Below, one piece after another: positions 30,362 through 39,946 of a stretch of 64,000 nucleotides of DNA. The notes beneath the pieces are model-generated. The model saw only the letters and a list, made by a program, of their open reading frames with translations, did no database searches and was not told where the DNA came from. This stretch comes from a bacterium (GTDB lineage: Bacteria > UBA8248 > JACPRG01 > G963555815): NCBI GenBank assembly GCA_965261595.1, contig CBDHDG010000006.1, positions 1,120,001-1,184,000 of the forward strand, written 5' to 3'. The number at the start of each line of letters is the position of its first letter. Position 1 is the first letter of the stretch. A program made the translations under genes and the position numbers.

Positions 30362-31051
30362 ATGGTGGAGACGGGGGTGTCGGACGCCGCGCCAGCGCGC
30401 CGCGCCAGCGCATGGCTCCTGCTGGCCTTGGTGGTTGTCGCGTGTTCAGCCGAGCGGGCCGGTCCGCTCCGTCCGGAAACCGACCGCCTCCCTTCCACCG
30501 CCGAAAGACGCACGATCTTCGTCACCTCAAACGGCTGGCACAGCAGCATCGTCCTCGCCCGGGCCGACCTGCCCCCGGGCCGCATTCCCGAGGCCGCCGA
30601 CTTCGCAAAAGCCCGATTCTTGGAATTCGGCTGGGGCGATGCCGAGTACTATCCGGCGAAGAATGTGACCCTCGGCATGACGCTCCGCGCGGCGGTGACG
30701 CCGACGCCGTCCGTCGTTCACGTCGCCGGAATGGCCGTCGCCCCGGGGCGGCGTTATCCGGGCACCGAGGTCGTCCCCCTTGCGCTCGATGCCAAGAGGC
30801 TGGGCCGTCTCGTCGATTTCATCGACGCAACCTTCGACCGTCGTGGCCGGACGCGGGCTACCTCAACCGGGCCGGGGCTTTACCCGGACAGCCGGTTCTA
30901 TCCCGCCACAGGCCAATTCCACCTTCTCAATACGTGCAACACATGGACGGCAAGTGGCTTGGCGGCCGCGGGTTTCGACGTGGCCGACCCGGGAATGGCA
31001 CGCGCCGAAGCCCTGATGCGTCAGGTGCGCCGGCTCCGCAAGCGCCGGTGA
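30362..31051 (+). CDS. DUF2459 domain protein (possible lipoprotein)
   Basis: VTSNGWHSSIVL, FLEFGWGD..YY and FYPATGQFHLLNTCNTW motifs; VVACS lipobox-like sequence. Start uncertain. Confidence 0.85.
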   Translation: MVETGVSDAAPARRASAWLLLALVVVACSAERAGPLRPETDRLPSTAERRTIFVTSNGWHSSIVLARADLPPGRIPEAADFAKARFLEFGWGDAEYYPAKNVTLGMTLRAAVTPTPSVVHVAGMAVAPGRRYPGTEVVPLALDAKRLGRLVDFIDATFDRRGRTRATSTGPGLYPDSRFYPATGQFHLLNTCNTWTASGLAAAGFDVADPGMARAEALMRQVRRLRKRR

Positions 31052-31154
31052 TGCCGATCCGGTCCCCCGCCGGATTCCTTCAAACTCCTTCAATCCGCTT
31101 GATTTCCACCCACTGGGCTCCCTTGCCATGCGAAAATAAACCGACAACAAGCCA

Positions 31155-31377
31155 ATCCACAGATTACATAGATTACGCAGATTGGAGAAGGCTAAGAACC
31201 GAAAGACGAGGCGATCCACAGACATCGTCCCCACGCAGGTGGGGATTACGCCGGTTGAGTGGGGGTAAATATCAGGGGCGCGAAGCGAGATTCCTCGTCG
31301 GGGCAGAGCCCCTCTGTCGGAATGACAATACAGGGATGTCGATCACGGATTTTTCAAAATCTGTGAAATCTGTGGAT
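31155..31377. repeat. Inverted pair of AATCTGTG-type repeats enclosing an AGATTCCTCG...CGGAATGAC palindromic unit
   Basis: atccacagattacatagatt (31155-31174) versus aatctgtgaaatctgtggat (31358-31377), 18/20 inverted match. Internal unit at 31288-31327. Confidence 0.7.
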
Positions 31378-31411
31378 AAATAAGGAAGCGATGGGTTTTA
31401 GGGTTTTGACG

Positions 31412-31891
31412 CTACGGTCCGCCCCATTCGTCGGGGACGGCTTTGCTGTCGCGTTTGGGGATCAGGACGTGGCGGCGAAGGGAGAGGACCTTCTCGCCCT
31501 TCTGGTTGTACGCCCGGGTCTCTACGTACACGATCCCCCGGTCCGGCTTGCTCTTGGACTCTCTGACGTCCAGGACCTCGGATTCCGAGTAAATCGTGTC
31601 GCTGTTGAAGACCGGGCCGTGGTGGACGATGTTCTCGTAGTCCAGGTTCGCGATGCACTTCTCGCTCACGTCCGAGACGCTCATCCCCACGGCGATGGAG
31701 AAGACCAGCGTCCCGTTGACCAGGATTTTTCCGATCTCTGTCTTCGCGGCGTAGTGGGCGTCCATGTGGACCGGGTGGGTGTTCATCGTCAGAAGGGTGA
31801 ACCAGGTGTTGTCGGCCTCGGTGATTGTCCGGCCGGGGGTGTGCTTGTAGACGTCGCCAACGCTGAATTCTTCCAGGTGTCTTCCGCCCAT
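31412..31891 (-). CDS. MaoC family (R)-specific enoyl-CoA hydratase
   Basis: LEEFSVGD..H..GRTITEADN..F...TMNTHPVHMD hotdog-fold motif. Confidence 0.92.
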   Translation of the reverse strand: MGGRHLEEFSVGDVYKHTPGRTITEADNTWFTLLTMNTHPVHMDAHYAAKTEIGKILVNGTLVFSIAVGMSVSDVSEKCIANLDYENIVHHGPVFNSDTIYSESEVLDVRESKSKPDRGIVYVETRAYNQKGEKVLSLRRHVLIPKRDSKAVPDEWGGP

Positions 31892-31945
31892 TTTGTTTCT
31901 CCTCCGACGAAACGGCTCATCAACAATATCGCGGACCAGGGAACC

Positions 31946-32022
31946 GGCGGGCAAGATGCCCGCCCTACCCGGATGGCGGCGCCCTTCATACCCGATTCGG
32001 TGGGCCGGGCATCCTGCCCGGC
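31946..32022. repeat. GTAG/GTGG-type REP doublet
   Basis: ggcgggcaagatgcccgccctac (31946-31968) and gtgggccgggcatcctgcccggc (32000-32022) are inverted, and each is palindromic. Confidence 0.8.
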
Positions 32023-32061
32023 GTCATATCGAGACCCGGAACGGCGCGATTCAGCGCCCCG

Positions 32062-33216
32062 TCAGATGGCGTATCGCTCCAACAGCCGCCGGGCGATGAG
32101 GAGGCGCTGGATCTCGTTCGTCCCCTCGCCAACGGTCAAGAGCTTGCAGTCGCGGAAGTAGCGCTCCGCGTTGAACTCGTTGATGTAACCGTAACCGCCG
32201 TGGATCTGGATACCTTCCGAGGCGCAGAATTCCGAGGTCTCCGAGGCGAAGAGCTTGGCCATGCCGGCCTCCAGGTCGCAGCGCTCGCCCCGGTCCTTCA
32301 TGGCCGCGGCCTGGTAGGTGAGCATTCGGGCGGCCTCGATGCGAGTCGCCATCTCCGCCAGCTTGATCTGAATGCTCTGGTGTTGGCAGATGGGCTTGCC
32401 GCCCTGCACCCGCTGCTGGGCGTAGCGGATCGAGTCCTCGAACGCCGCGCGCGCCAGGCCGACGCCCCGGGCGGCCACGTTGATGCGCCCGATCTCCAGC
32501 CCCGCCATGACGTAGTTGAAGCCCCGGCCCTCCTCGCCGATCAGGTTCTCGGCCGGGACCCGGCAATCCTGGAAGATCAGCTCACCGGAGCGGATGCCCT
32601 TGTATCCGAGCTTGTGGAGGTGGCGGCCGACGGTGAACCCGGGCATGTCCTTCTCGATGATGAGACAGGAGATCCCCTTGTGCCGGAGCGAGGCGTCGGG
32701 GTGGGTCCGGACAAAGACGCTGAACGTCGTGCCCATCTCCGAGTTGGTGATGAACATCTTCGTTCCGTTGACGATGAACGCGTCTCCCTCCCGGCGGGCC
32801 GAGGTCTTGAGGGACGCGGCGTCCGAGCCGGACTCGGGCTCGGTCAGGGCCATCCCCGAGCGGCGAACCCCCGCCGCCAGGTCGGGGAGGAACCTCCCCT
32901 TTTGCTCCTCCGTCCCGTAATTCTCGATGATCCAGCACGTCATCCCGTGGCTGCCGATAATGCCGCCCAGGCTCATCCAGCCTCGGGACAGCTCTTCCAT
33001 CAGGATGGCGTAGCTGACGTAGTCCATCCCGGAGCCCCCGTATTTCTCCGAGACCAGGAAGCCGAACAGGCCCATCTCTTTCAACCGGTCCGCCAGGGCG
33101 TGGGGGTACTCGTCCTTATGTTCCAGCTCGCTGGCGGTGGGGATGACCTCCTTGTTCACAAATTCGCGGATGGTCCGCTGCACCTGCCGCTGCACCTCGT
33201 TCAGCTCGAAATCCAT
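32062..33216 (-). CDS. Acyl-CoA dehydrogenase
   Basis: ALTEPESGSD, NGTKMFITN, IQIHGGYGY and GEGTNEIQR motifs. Confidence 0.96.
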   Translation of the reverse strand: MDFELNEVQRQVQRTIREFVNKEVIPTASELEHKDEYPHALADRLKEMGLFGFLVSEKYGGSGMDYVSYAILMEELSRGWMSLGGIIGSHGMTCWIIENYGTEEQKGRFLPDLAAGVRRSGMALTEPESGSDAASLKTSARREGDAFIVNGTKMFITNSEMGTTFSVFVRTHPDASLRHKGISCLIIEKDMPGFTVGRHLHKLGYKGIRSGELIFQDCRVPAENLIGEEGRGFNYVMAGLEIGRINVAARGVGLARAAFEDSIRYAQQRVQGGKPICQHQSIQIKLAEMATRIEAARMLTYQAAAMKDRGERCDLEAGMAKLFASETSEFCASEGIQIHGGYGYINEFNAERYFRDCKLLTVGEGTNEIQRLLIARRLLERYAI

Positions 33217-33328
33217 ATGCGTTTGCTCCCGATGCCGGCCGCCTATCCGCCGAAGCCACGAATACGACGGAGGGGGGCTATTGATCCCCTTATTGTTAAT
33301 GACCTATCTGCGTATCGCGTGAAATGAA

Positions 33329-33419
33329 AGGGCCGGTACAGAGCCCGGCCCCTACATGTCCATTGCGGGATCGCGCGTAGGGGCGGGTGCGAGAGTCGGT
33401 TGACTCCCGCACCCGCCCC
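33329..33419. repeat. GTAG-type REP doublet
   Basis: agggccgg...ccggcccctac (33329-33355) facing gtaggggcgggtgcg...cgcacccgcccc (33377-33419). Confidence 0.75.
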
Positions 33420-33498
33420 AGAAATGTCGGGTGATCCTCCGGACCTTTCGTTGAGCTGCTCCGTGTAGGACATTATTTATGCCATCCTAAATAGTCCT

Positions 33499-34692
33499 TC
33501 AGATTGCGCCTTCCCGGCGGAGTCCTTCGATCTCCTCGGCGCTGTACCCGAGTTCCGCCAGGACGGTTTCCGTGTGCTCTCCCAGCCGGGGCGGGGGGGT
33601 CAGGCGGACATCCGAGCGCGAAAACTTCACAGGAAACCCGAAGAGCTTCAAGGGGTCGCCTTCGCCGCCGCCCTCGGCCGCGTCAACCTCGCGGAGGAGC
33701 CGGCGGTGCTTCAACTGGGGATGATCGATGACCTCCGAAATTCGGTTGACCGCTCCGCAGGGAATCCCCGCGGCCCTCAGCCGCTCGAGCCAGGCGGCGG
33801 CGTCCTCCTTCTTGAAAGTCTCGGCCAGCTCCCGGTCCAGGGCCTCCAGGTTCTTCATCCGATCCGCGTTCGTCTGAAATCGCGGGTCTTCCTCCAGATC
33901 GGGCCGCTCGATGAGGGCGCAGAAAGTCTCCCACAACGCCGGCGTCGCCACCGAGATATTGACCCAAACGCCATCCTTCGCGGTCCACGGCCCGTAGGGG
34001 GCGATCAGGTGGTGCCGGAGGCCGACCCGTTGCGGCTCCTCGCCGCCGTACAGATATTGATAAGGAAGATAGCCCAAGAGCGAGACCAGGCAATCGAACA
34101 TCGAAACGTCGATCTCCTGGCCCTCGCCCGTCCGCAGCCGCTCCGCGATGGCGGCCTGGACGGAGATCGCCGCGAACAGCCCCGCCGAGGCGTCGGCGAT
34201 CGAGAGGGCGATCTTGGCCGGGGTCTCGGGCGGACCGTTCAGGTGGATCGCCCCGGCCTCGCCCTGGATCAACATGTCCAGGGCCTTCATGTCGCGGTAG
34301 GGGCCGTCCTGTCCATAGCCCGAAATGTGGCAATAAATGATCCGGGGATTGATCCCTTTCGCCCAGGCGTAATCGACCCCAAGCCTGGCCGCCACCCCGG
34401 GGGAGGCGTTCTCCAAAAACACGTCGGCGCCCCCCACGAGCCGGCCGAGGGCCTCCCGCCCCCCGTCGCTTTTCAGGTTCAGGGTGATGGAGCGCTTGTT
34501 GGGATTGCACCACAGGTGCGCGGAGCTGACGCCGGGAAGCACCTCGTCCCACCCGCGCGCGAAGTCGCCCGTCCCGGGCCTCTCCACCTTGATCACGTCG
34601 GCCCCCAGGTCCGCCAGGAACCGGGCGCACAGCGGCGCTGCGACCGATGATCCCAGCGAAACGATCTTCAAGCCTTCGAGGGCGCGGGACAC
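33499..34692 (-). CDS. Class III CoA-transferase (CaiB/BaiF family)
   Basis: LADLGADVIKVE, NKRSITLNLK, ISGYGQDGP and PRLGEHT motifs. Confidence 0.95.
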   Translation of the reverse strand: MSRALEGLKIVSLGSSVAAPLCARFLADLGADVIKVERPGTGDFARGWDEVLPGVSSAHLWCNPNKRSITLNLKSDGGREALGRLVGGADVFLENASPGVAARLGVDYAWAKGINPRIIYCHISGYGQDGPYRDMKALDMLIQGEAGAIHLNGPPETPAKIALSIADASAGLFAAISVQAAIAERLRTGEGQEIDVSMFDCLVSLLGYLPYQYLYGGEEPQRVGLRHHLIAPYGPWTAKDGVWVNISVATPALWETFCALIERPDLEEDPRFQTNADRMKNLEALDRELAETFKKEDAAAWLERLRAAGIPCGAVNRISEVIDHPQLKHRRLLREVDAAEGGGEGDPLKLFGFPVKFSRSDVRLTPPPRLGEHTETVLAELGYSAEEIEGLRREGAI

Positions 34693-35262
34693 GGGGCGCG
34701 CCTCAGGCGGGACGGCAGACGGACATCAATTCGGACATGCCGGAAACCGACTCCAACCGGCGGACCGTCGCAAGGACTTCATCCACCCGCTCCCCGGAGA
34801 GAACCCGGGAGGCGTTGTCGCGGAACTTGCGCTCGACCTCCCCGGGGGTGACGGGGTTTTCGGCGCACCCGCGGTTGCGGGGCTCCTCGCGCGTCAGCGC
34901 CCGGCCGTCCTTCATGCGCACGGTGACCGTTCCGGGGAAGAAGCGGGGAAAATTCTGGCTCTCGTCCCCGACGCACGTCGTTCGCGCCGCGAGGTCCAAC
35001 AGGCCGGCGGCCACAGTGTAGGGGACGCTGAACTGGGCGTCGTACGGCGTCTGGGGCCGGCGCTTGGTCTCGACCGGGTCGCACACGACGGGCATCTCCC
35101 GGGGGTGGATCCGGCACTCGACCGAATCGATCCCGGCGGGGTCGATCCGGTGCTCCTCCCGAAGGAACAGCGCGGCGTCGATGAAGGCGTGGGTGAAGTG
35201 GCAGCAGGGAAACGGCTTGTGGCAGAGCTCCAGGGTCTTCCATTGGGAATTACAAAGAAAGG

Positions 35263-35291
35263 TTGACATTTCCGCTCTCAATCCCTATATT
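35263..35291 (+). promoter_or_regulatory. Sigma70-like promoter for the IS1595 transposase
   Basis: TTGACA-N17-TATATT, 25 nt upstream of ATG 35317. Confidence 0.65.
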
Positions 35292-35316
35292 TCAAGTATT
35301 GGAAGGGAGAGCGGAA

Positions 35317-36285
35317 ATGGCGAAAAAAGCACCCGGAAAAGCGCACCGCAAGGGGATCACCATCGTTCAATTGATGGATATGTTTCCGACCGAGAAAGCC
35401 GCCACGGCGTGGTTCGAATCGGTAATCTGGCCGGACGGTCGCCACTGCCCCAAGTGCGGATCGCTCCGCACCAGCGAGGCCAGTCACGCGAAAATGCCCT
35501 ATTGGTGCACCGATTGCCGATCCTATTTCAGCGTCAAGACGGGCACGGCCATGCAGCGGTCGAAAATCCCACTCCGGAAGTGGGCCATCGCCATCTATCT
35601 CTGTCTGACAAACCTCAAGTCGGTTTCGTCCATGAAGCTGCAACGCGACATTGGCGTTTCGCAGCCCACGGCTTGGTTCATGCTTCACCGTATCCGGGAA
35701 GCATGGGGCGGGGATGGCGAAGGCCCGTTTGACGGCCCGGTCGAGTTCGACGAAACCTATGTCGGCGGGAAGCGCCAGAACATGTCGAACGCGAAGCGCA
35801 AGGCGACGACGGGGCGCGGACCGGTGGACATGGTGGCGGTCGTGGGCGCGAAGGACCGGGCGACGAACAAGGTCAACGCCCGCGTGATCGAGAGCACCGA
35901 CAAGGCCACGCTGCAAGATTTCGTGGCCGAGAACGCCGAGCCGGACGCGGTGGTCTACACCGATGACGCCGCTGCCTACGAGGGCATCCCGAACCCGCAC
36001 GAAAGCATTAAGCACTCGGTCTCCGAATACGTCAACGGCATGGCGCACACCAACGGGATCGAGTCCTTCTGGTCGATGCTCAAGCGCGCCCACAAGGGCA
36101 CCTTCCACAAGATCAGCCCGAAGCACATGCAACGCTACGTCTCCGAATTTGCTGGCAAACACAACGTCCGCGACTCAGGAACGCTTGCGCAGATGCGGCA
36201 CACCGTCGCTCGGCTGGTCGGGCGCAACCTTCTCTACCGCGACCTCATCGCGGACAACGGGCTTTCGTCGGGCTCCGGGGCGTAA
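35317..36285 (+). CDS. IS1595-family transposase
   Basis: CPKC...C..C zinc ribbon, EFDETYVGG, YTDD and HTNGIESFW motifs. Confidence 0.95.
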   Translation: MAKKAPGKAHRKGITIVQLMDMFPTEKAATAWFESVIWPDGRHCPKCGSLRTSEASHAKMPYWCTDCRSYFSVKTGTAMQRSKIPLRKWAIAIYLCLTNLKSVSSMKLQRDIGVSQPTAWFMLHRIREAWGGDGEGPFDGPVEFDETYVGGKRQNMSNAKRKATTGRGPVDMVAVVGAKDRATNKVNARVIESTDKATLQDFVAENAEPDAVVYTDDAAAYEGIPNPHESIKHSVSEYVNGMAHTNGIESFWSMLKRAHKGTFHKISPKHMQRYVSEFAGKHNVRDSGTLAQMRHTVARLVGRNLLYRDLIADNGLSSGSGA

Positions 36286-36378
36286 CGGTTCCGTGCGGCG
36301 GAACAGCGCCTTTGCCAGCGTCTCCGGAGTCGCGCCCGCCAAGTCCACCCTGGGGTCAAGCTTGGAGCGATACGGCAT
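36175..36378 (-). CDS. Small IS-borne protein overlapping the transposase 3' end in antisense
   Basis: 67 aa (MPYRSKLDPRVDLAGATPETLAKALFR...) with a GGAGGT RBS. Confidence 0.45.
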   Translation of the reverse strand: MPYRSKLDPRVDLAGATPETLAKALFRRTEPLRPGARRKPVVRDEVAVEKVAPDQPSDGVPHLRKRS

Positions 36379-36397
36379 AGCAGTCGACCTCCACCCG

Positions 36398-36835
36398 TTA
36401 GGTAATTTCGTCTTGGTGCGCGACGAGACAGCGCGCCGCATTTTTCTGGAACCACTGGTGTAGAAGCTGGCCGTTGTACTGATCTCCGATCTGCGCACCA
36501 ACCACCTTGTCAAACCTTGCGAGAATTTGCGCTCGCACGGCGATCAACTTGCTCGATGCCATGGTTTCATCGGGGTCGACGTAGCGATTCGCGATTACAC
36601 AGGCCGTCGTATAATCCACTTCCAATGAAACCCCCGGTTGGGCGATCTTGGATCGCCTTCTCCGTATTTGACGGTAAACTACCGGCGTGTAGATGGCGAG
36701 GATGCCTAATAGCCCGACGCCAGCGAGAATGCCCCATCTGTAATCGCCTAACGGGAACATCGGTTCCGTCCAGAATCCGACGCACAATACGACTGTGGAG
36801 AAGAACGTTGACACGACAGGGCCTCTCCAATCCAT
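36398..36835 (-). CDS. IS passenger: hypothetical protein with two N-terminal TM helices
   Basis: 145-aa ORF inside the IS with two hydrophobic segments followed by RRRR. Lower GC than the host. Confidence 0.7.
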   Translation of the reverse strand: MDWRGPVVSTFFSTVVLCVGFWTEPMFPLGDYRWGILAGVGLLGILAIYTPVVYRQIRRRRSKIAQPGVSLEVDYTTACVIANRYVDPDETMASSKLIAVRAQILARFDKVVGAQIGDQYNGQLLHQWFQKNAARCLVAHQDEIT

Positions 36836-37892
36836 CCGTCAAGCATGCGCGCCTCCCGCGCTGGCGTCAACCAATCTTTGTAATTCCCCTTCCATTCCGT
36901 CCCCAGCCCGGAGGTCAGGCGGTAGAGATCCCTTTCTTCTCCGTTTTTCCCGATGTAGAGGTTGTAGAACCCGAACCGCCCTTCGAAGACCTCTTTGGGT
37001 CCGGTGAACCCGCGCAGGGCCATCCGGGCGGCCACGAGGCCGCTGTGACCCGCCCAGCCGGGGTGGATCTGCTTGGTCCAGGCGCCGTCGGTCAGGAACT
37101 CCATGGAGCCCGCCGCCATGCTCCCGCAAAGACCCAGCGCGTTCGCCGTTTGCTCCGCGGTGCATCCCCAGAGCTTTGCCGCGACAAGGGCGGCGGCGAA
37201 GGGGCCGCAGACGGACGTGGCGTGAAACCCGCGGTCGTGGAATTGGCCGGGGCACACCAAGCCCAGCCGGACGAGAACCTCCCACCCGGCGACGGCAGCT
37301 GCCAGCAGGGCCCGGCCGTCCTTCCCCCCCGCCTCAGCGGCGGCCAGGGCGGCGGGGACGACGCAGGCGCTCGCGTGGATCACCGACTCGGCGTGGGTGT
37401 CGTCGTAGTCCAGGCCGTGGGCCAGGGTCCCGTTGGCGAGGGCCGCGTTGGGCGCGGGGAGGCGGTGGTCCGACCCCAGGACGGACGCTTCCTCCCCCGT
37501 CCCCAGGTCGCATGCGAGGGCGACGGCGGCCCGGCCGAATTTCATGCCGGAGGAAGCCAGAGCGATCCCCACGATGTCCAAAAAGGCGGTCTTGGCGCTC
37601 TCGACGACCTCGGGGGGGATCTCCTCATATTCGAGACCGAGGACCCACTCCGCCAACTGTCGCGAGTACGTTGCCACTACGGTTGCCTCTTCATTCCGGT
37701 TTCGTGATCCCCGACGCGGCGCGGTTTCCCGCTTTCCCTCAATCTTCTAATATACATCGGTCAAGGAAATCCAGGAAACCGCGAGGGCGCTCCGGTTCAT
37801 GGACCGGCCTGGGGTCGTAGGAGGGTGTCCCCCCAAGCGACCCGGCGAAAAGAATGTTTCGGATGAAAACCGGGAGAGGAGAACAATCCGCG

Positions 37893-38912
37893 ATGCGCGC
37901 CCAAGTGCTTCATGAGTTCGGCGGCCCCCTCAGGATGGAGGAGCGGCCCGTTCCCGAGCCCGGCCGCGGGGAGGCCCTCCTGCGCGTGCGCGCCTGCGCC
38001 GTCGATCAGTTCGACCTGACCATCCGGGACGGGAAATGGCCGGGGACAAAGCTGCCCCTCATCCTGGGGCACGAGGTGGCCGGGGAGGTGGAAGCCGTCG
38101 GTCTCGGCGTGGAGGGCGTCTCGATCGGAGACCGGGTGGCGTCCACACTCTACCTGACGTGCGGCGCCTGCAAATTCTGCCGGACGGGCCGGGAGACCCT
38201 GTGTCTCAACTTCGGCGGCCATCTGGGGGCCGAGGCGGACGGCGGCTTCGCCGAGTGCATGGCGCTGCCGGCGGACATGCTCGTCCGGGTCGCGGATCAT
38301 ATCTCCTTCGAGGCCGCCTCCATCCTGGCGAACGCCTGCGGCACGCCGTACCACGCCGTGAAAGTCCGGGCGGAGGTCCGGCCGGGGGAAACCGTCGTCG
38401 TGGTCGGCGCGGGGGGCGGCGTGGGGATCCACGCCGTCCAAATCGCCCGGGTTTGCGGGGCGAGGGTGTTCGGCGTCGAGCTGCCCGGCGAGAAGCTCGA
38501 CGGGGTGAAGGAGATCGAGGCCGACGCGGCGCTTTCGGCCGATTCGGACTGGGCGGCCGAAGTCTTGGAGAGAACGGACGGGGCCGGGGCCGAGAAAATC
38601 ATCCAGCTTGTCGGCGGGGAGACCTATGCGCCGAGCTTCCGGTGTCTGGCCGTGGGGGGCCGGATGGTCATTATCGGCAGCCACGCCGGAACCGACCTCG
38701 GCGTGTCGGGCGTCGATATCCTGGCCAAGGAGTGGGAGATCCTGGGCTCGCGAAACGTGACCAAGCAGGAGCTGGCCGAGGTGGCGGACCTGGCCGCGCG
38801 CGGGGAGATCCGCCCCGTCGTCAGCCGTACGTTCGCCTTCGAGGAGCTGGAGGAGGCCCACCGGCTGTTGCGGGAAGGCAAGATCGCCGGCCGGGGGGTG
38901 GTGCGGATTTAG
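37893..38912 (+). CDS. Zinc-binding alcohol dehydrogenase (MDR) family
   Basis: ILGHE, structural Zn motif CGACKFC...C and GAGGGVG. Confidence 0.93.
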   Translation: MRAQVLHEFGGPLRMEERPVPEPGRGEALLRVRACAVDQFDLTIRDGKWPGTKLPLILGHEVAGEVEAVGLGVEGVSIGDRVASTLYLTCGACKFCRTGRETLCLNFGGHLGAEADGGFAECMALPADMLVRVADHISFEAASILANACGTPYHAVKVRAEVRPGETVVVVGAGGGVGIHAVQIARVCGARVFGVELPGEKLDGVKEIEADAALSADSDWAAEVLERTDGAGAEKIIQLVGGETYAPSFRCLAVGGRMVIIGSHAGTDLGVSGVDILAKEWEILGSRNVTKQELAEVADLAARGEIRPVVSRTFAFEELEEAHRLLREGKIAGRGVVRI

Positions 38913-39044
38913 GAAGGTTCCGGGTCGGTGGACTCCTGAGTCGGTTAACTCTTTGGCCATCCGTGGATGAAACCGGTGCACTCCGTGTAATCTGTGGATA
39001 AATATTTGTGCGTGACCGTCCGCAGATGAGATTGGAGCAACTCG

Positions 39045-39350
39045 ATGACTTCCGCTGGGATTGACATCCCGAAAGAGAAAATCGCGGAGTTCTGCCGGAA
39101 ACACTACATCCGCAGACTGGCGCTCTTTGGCTCTGTCCTTCGGGAGGACTTCCGTCCGGACAGTGACGTGGATGTGCTCGTCGAGTTCGAGCCGGGGCGC
39201 CCCGTCGGGCTGATTCGCCTGTCCCGCATCGAGCGGGAGCTTTCCGACCTCCTGGGGCGGAAGGTGGACCTGAACACCGCGGGCTTTTTGAGTCCCCACT
39301 TTTACGAGAAAGTGCTAAGAGAGACCGAGGAGCAGTATGTCGCACCATGA
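39045..39350 (+). CDS. Minimal nucleotidyltransferase (MNT) antitoxin
   Basis: [17 protein letters not shown] (GS-x10-DxD). Confidence 0.93.
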   Translation: MTSAGIDIPKEKIAEFCRKHYIRRLALFGSVLREDFRPDSDVDVLVEFEPGRPVGLIRLSRIERELSDLLGRKVDLNTAGFLSPHFYEKVLRETEEQYVAP

Positions 39351-39687
39351 GGACAGCGTTCGCCTACGGCACATCCTCGCTCACGCCCGGGAGGCCGCGG
39401 AGCTGGTCCAGGGCAAAACGCGTGAGGACATCAAAAGAACGCGCGTATTGGAGCTTGCGCTGGTGCGTCTGGTGGAGATCGTTGGAGAAGCCGCGTCGCG
39501 GGTTTCTCAAAAGACGCGGAAGAATCACCCGCAGATTCCTTGGGTGGATATTGTCGGGATGAGAAATCGCATCGTTCATGGCTATGATCGCGTGGACTTG
39601 GACGTTCTTTGGGACACGGTGACGGATGATTTTCCGCCGCTCATCGCGGAATTGGAAAAGATCCTCTCGCCCGAATCCGCCGGTTGA
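39337..39687 (+). CDS. HEPN (DUF86) RNase toxin
   Basis: EIVGEA, IPW and RNRIVHGY (R-x4-H-x-Y) motifs; overlaps the MNT gene. Confidence 0.93.
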   Translation: MSHHEDSVRLRHILAHAREAAELVQGKTREDIKRTRVLELALVRLVEIVGEAASRVSQKTRKNHPQIPWVDIVGMRNRIVHGYDRVDLDVLWDTVTDDFPPLIAELEKILSPESAG

Positions 39688-39946
39688 GAGGGGTCGGCGG
39701 CCCGAGATCCTTATGGACCAAAGAGATCGTGCACGCCACTGAAATCAATGCCTGAATCTTTTTCCGGCTGAATCCATGTAATCAGCGGAATTAGATGGCT
39801 CGGTATCGCCGGCTGGTGCGTTTATCGAGCCTGACCCACCCCCCCCCCTCCAGCCAGTCCCCGGCAATCCGGAACAGCAAATCCGCAAATACCGCGTTCA
39901 CCCCTTCGGCGCACCATAGATGTCGTGATCGAGATTGTCCGTCCGG

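Larger units (their letters stand above)
35245..36888 (+). mobile_element. IS1595-family element with passenger genes
   Basis: IRs gggaattacaaag...ggttgac / gtcaacc...ctttgtaattccc. Perfect 8-bp TSD CTTCCATT (35237-35244, 36889-36896). Confidence 0.95.
34703..37677 (-). pseudogene. MmgE/PrpD family gene interrupted by IS1595
   Basis: The 5' part (36889-37677; AHGLDYDDTH, GFHAT) and the 3' part (34703-35244; KPFPCCHFTH, AQFSVPY) rejoin in frame as GLGTEWK/TLELCHKPF when the IS and one TSD copy are removed. Confidence 0.93.
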
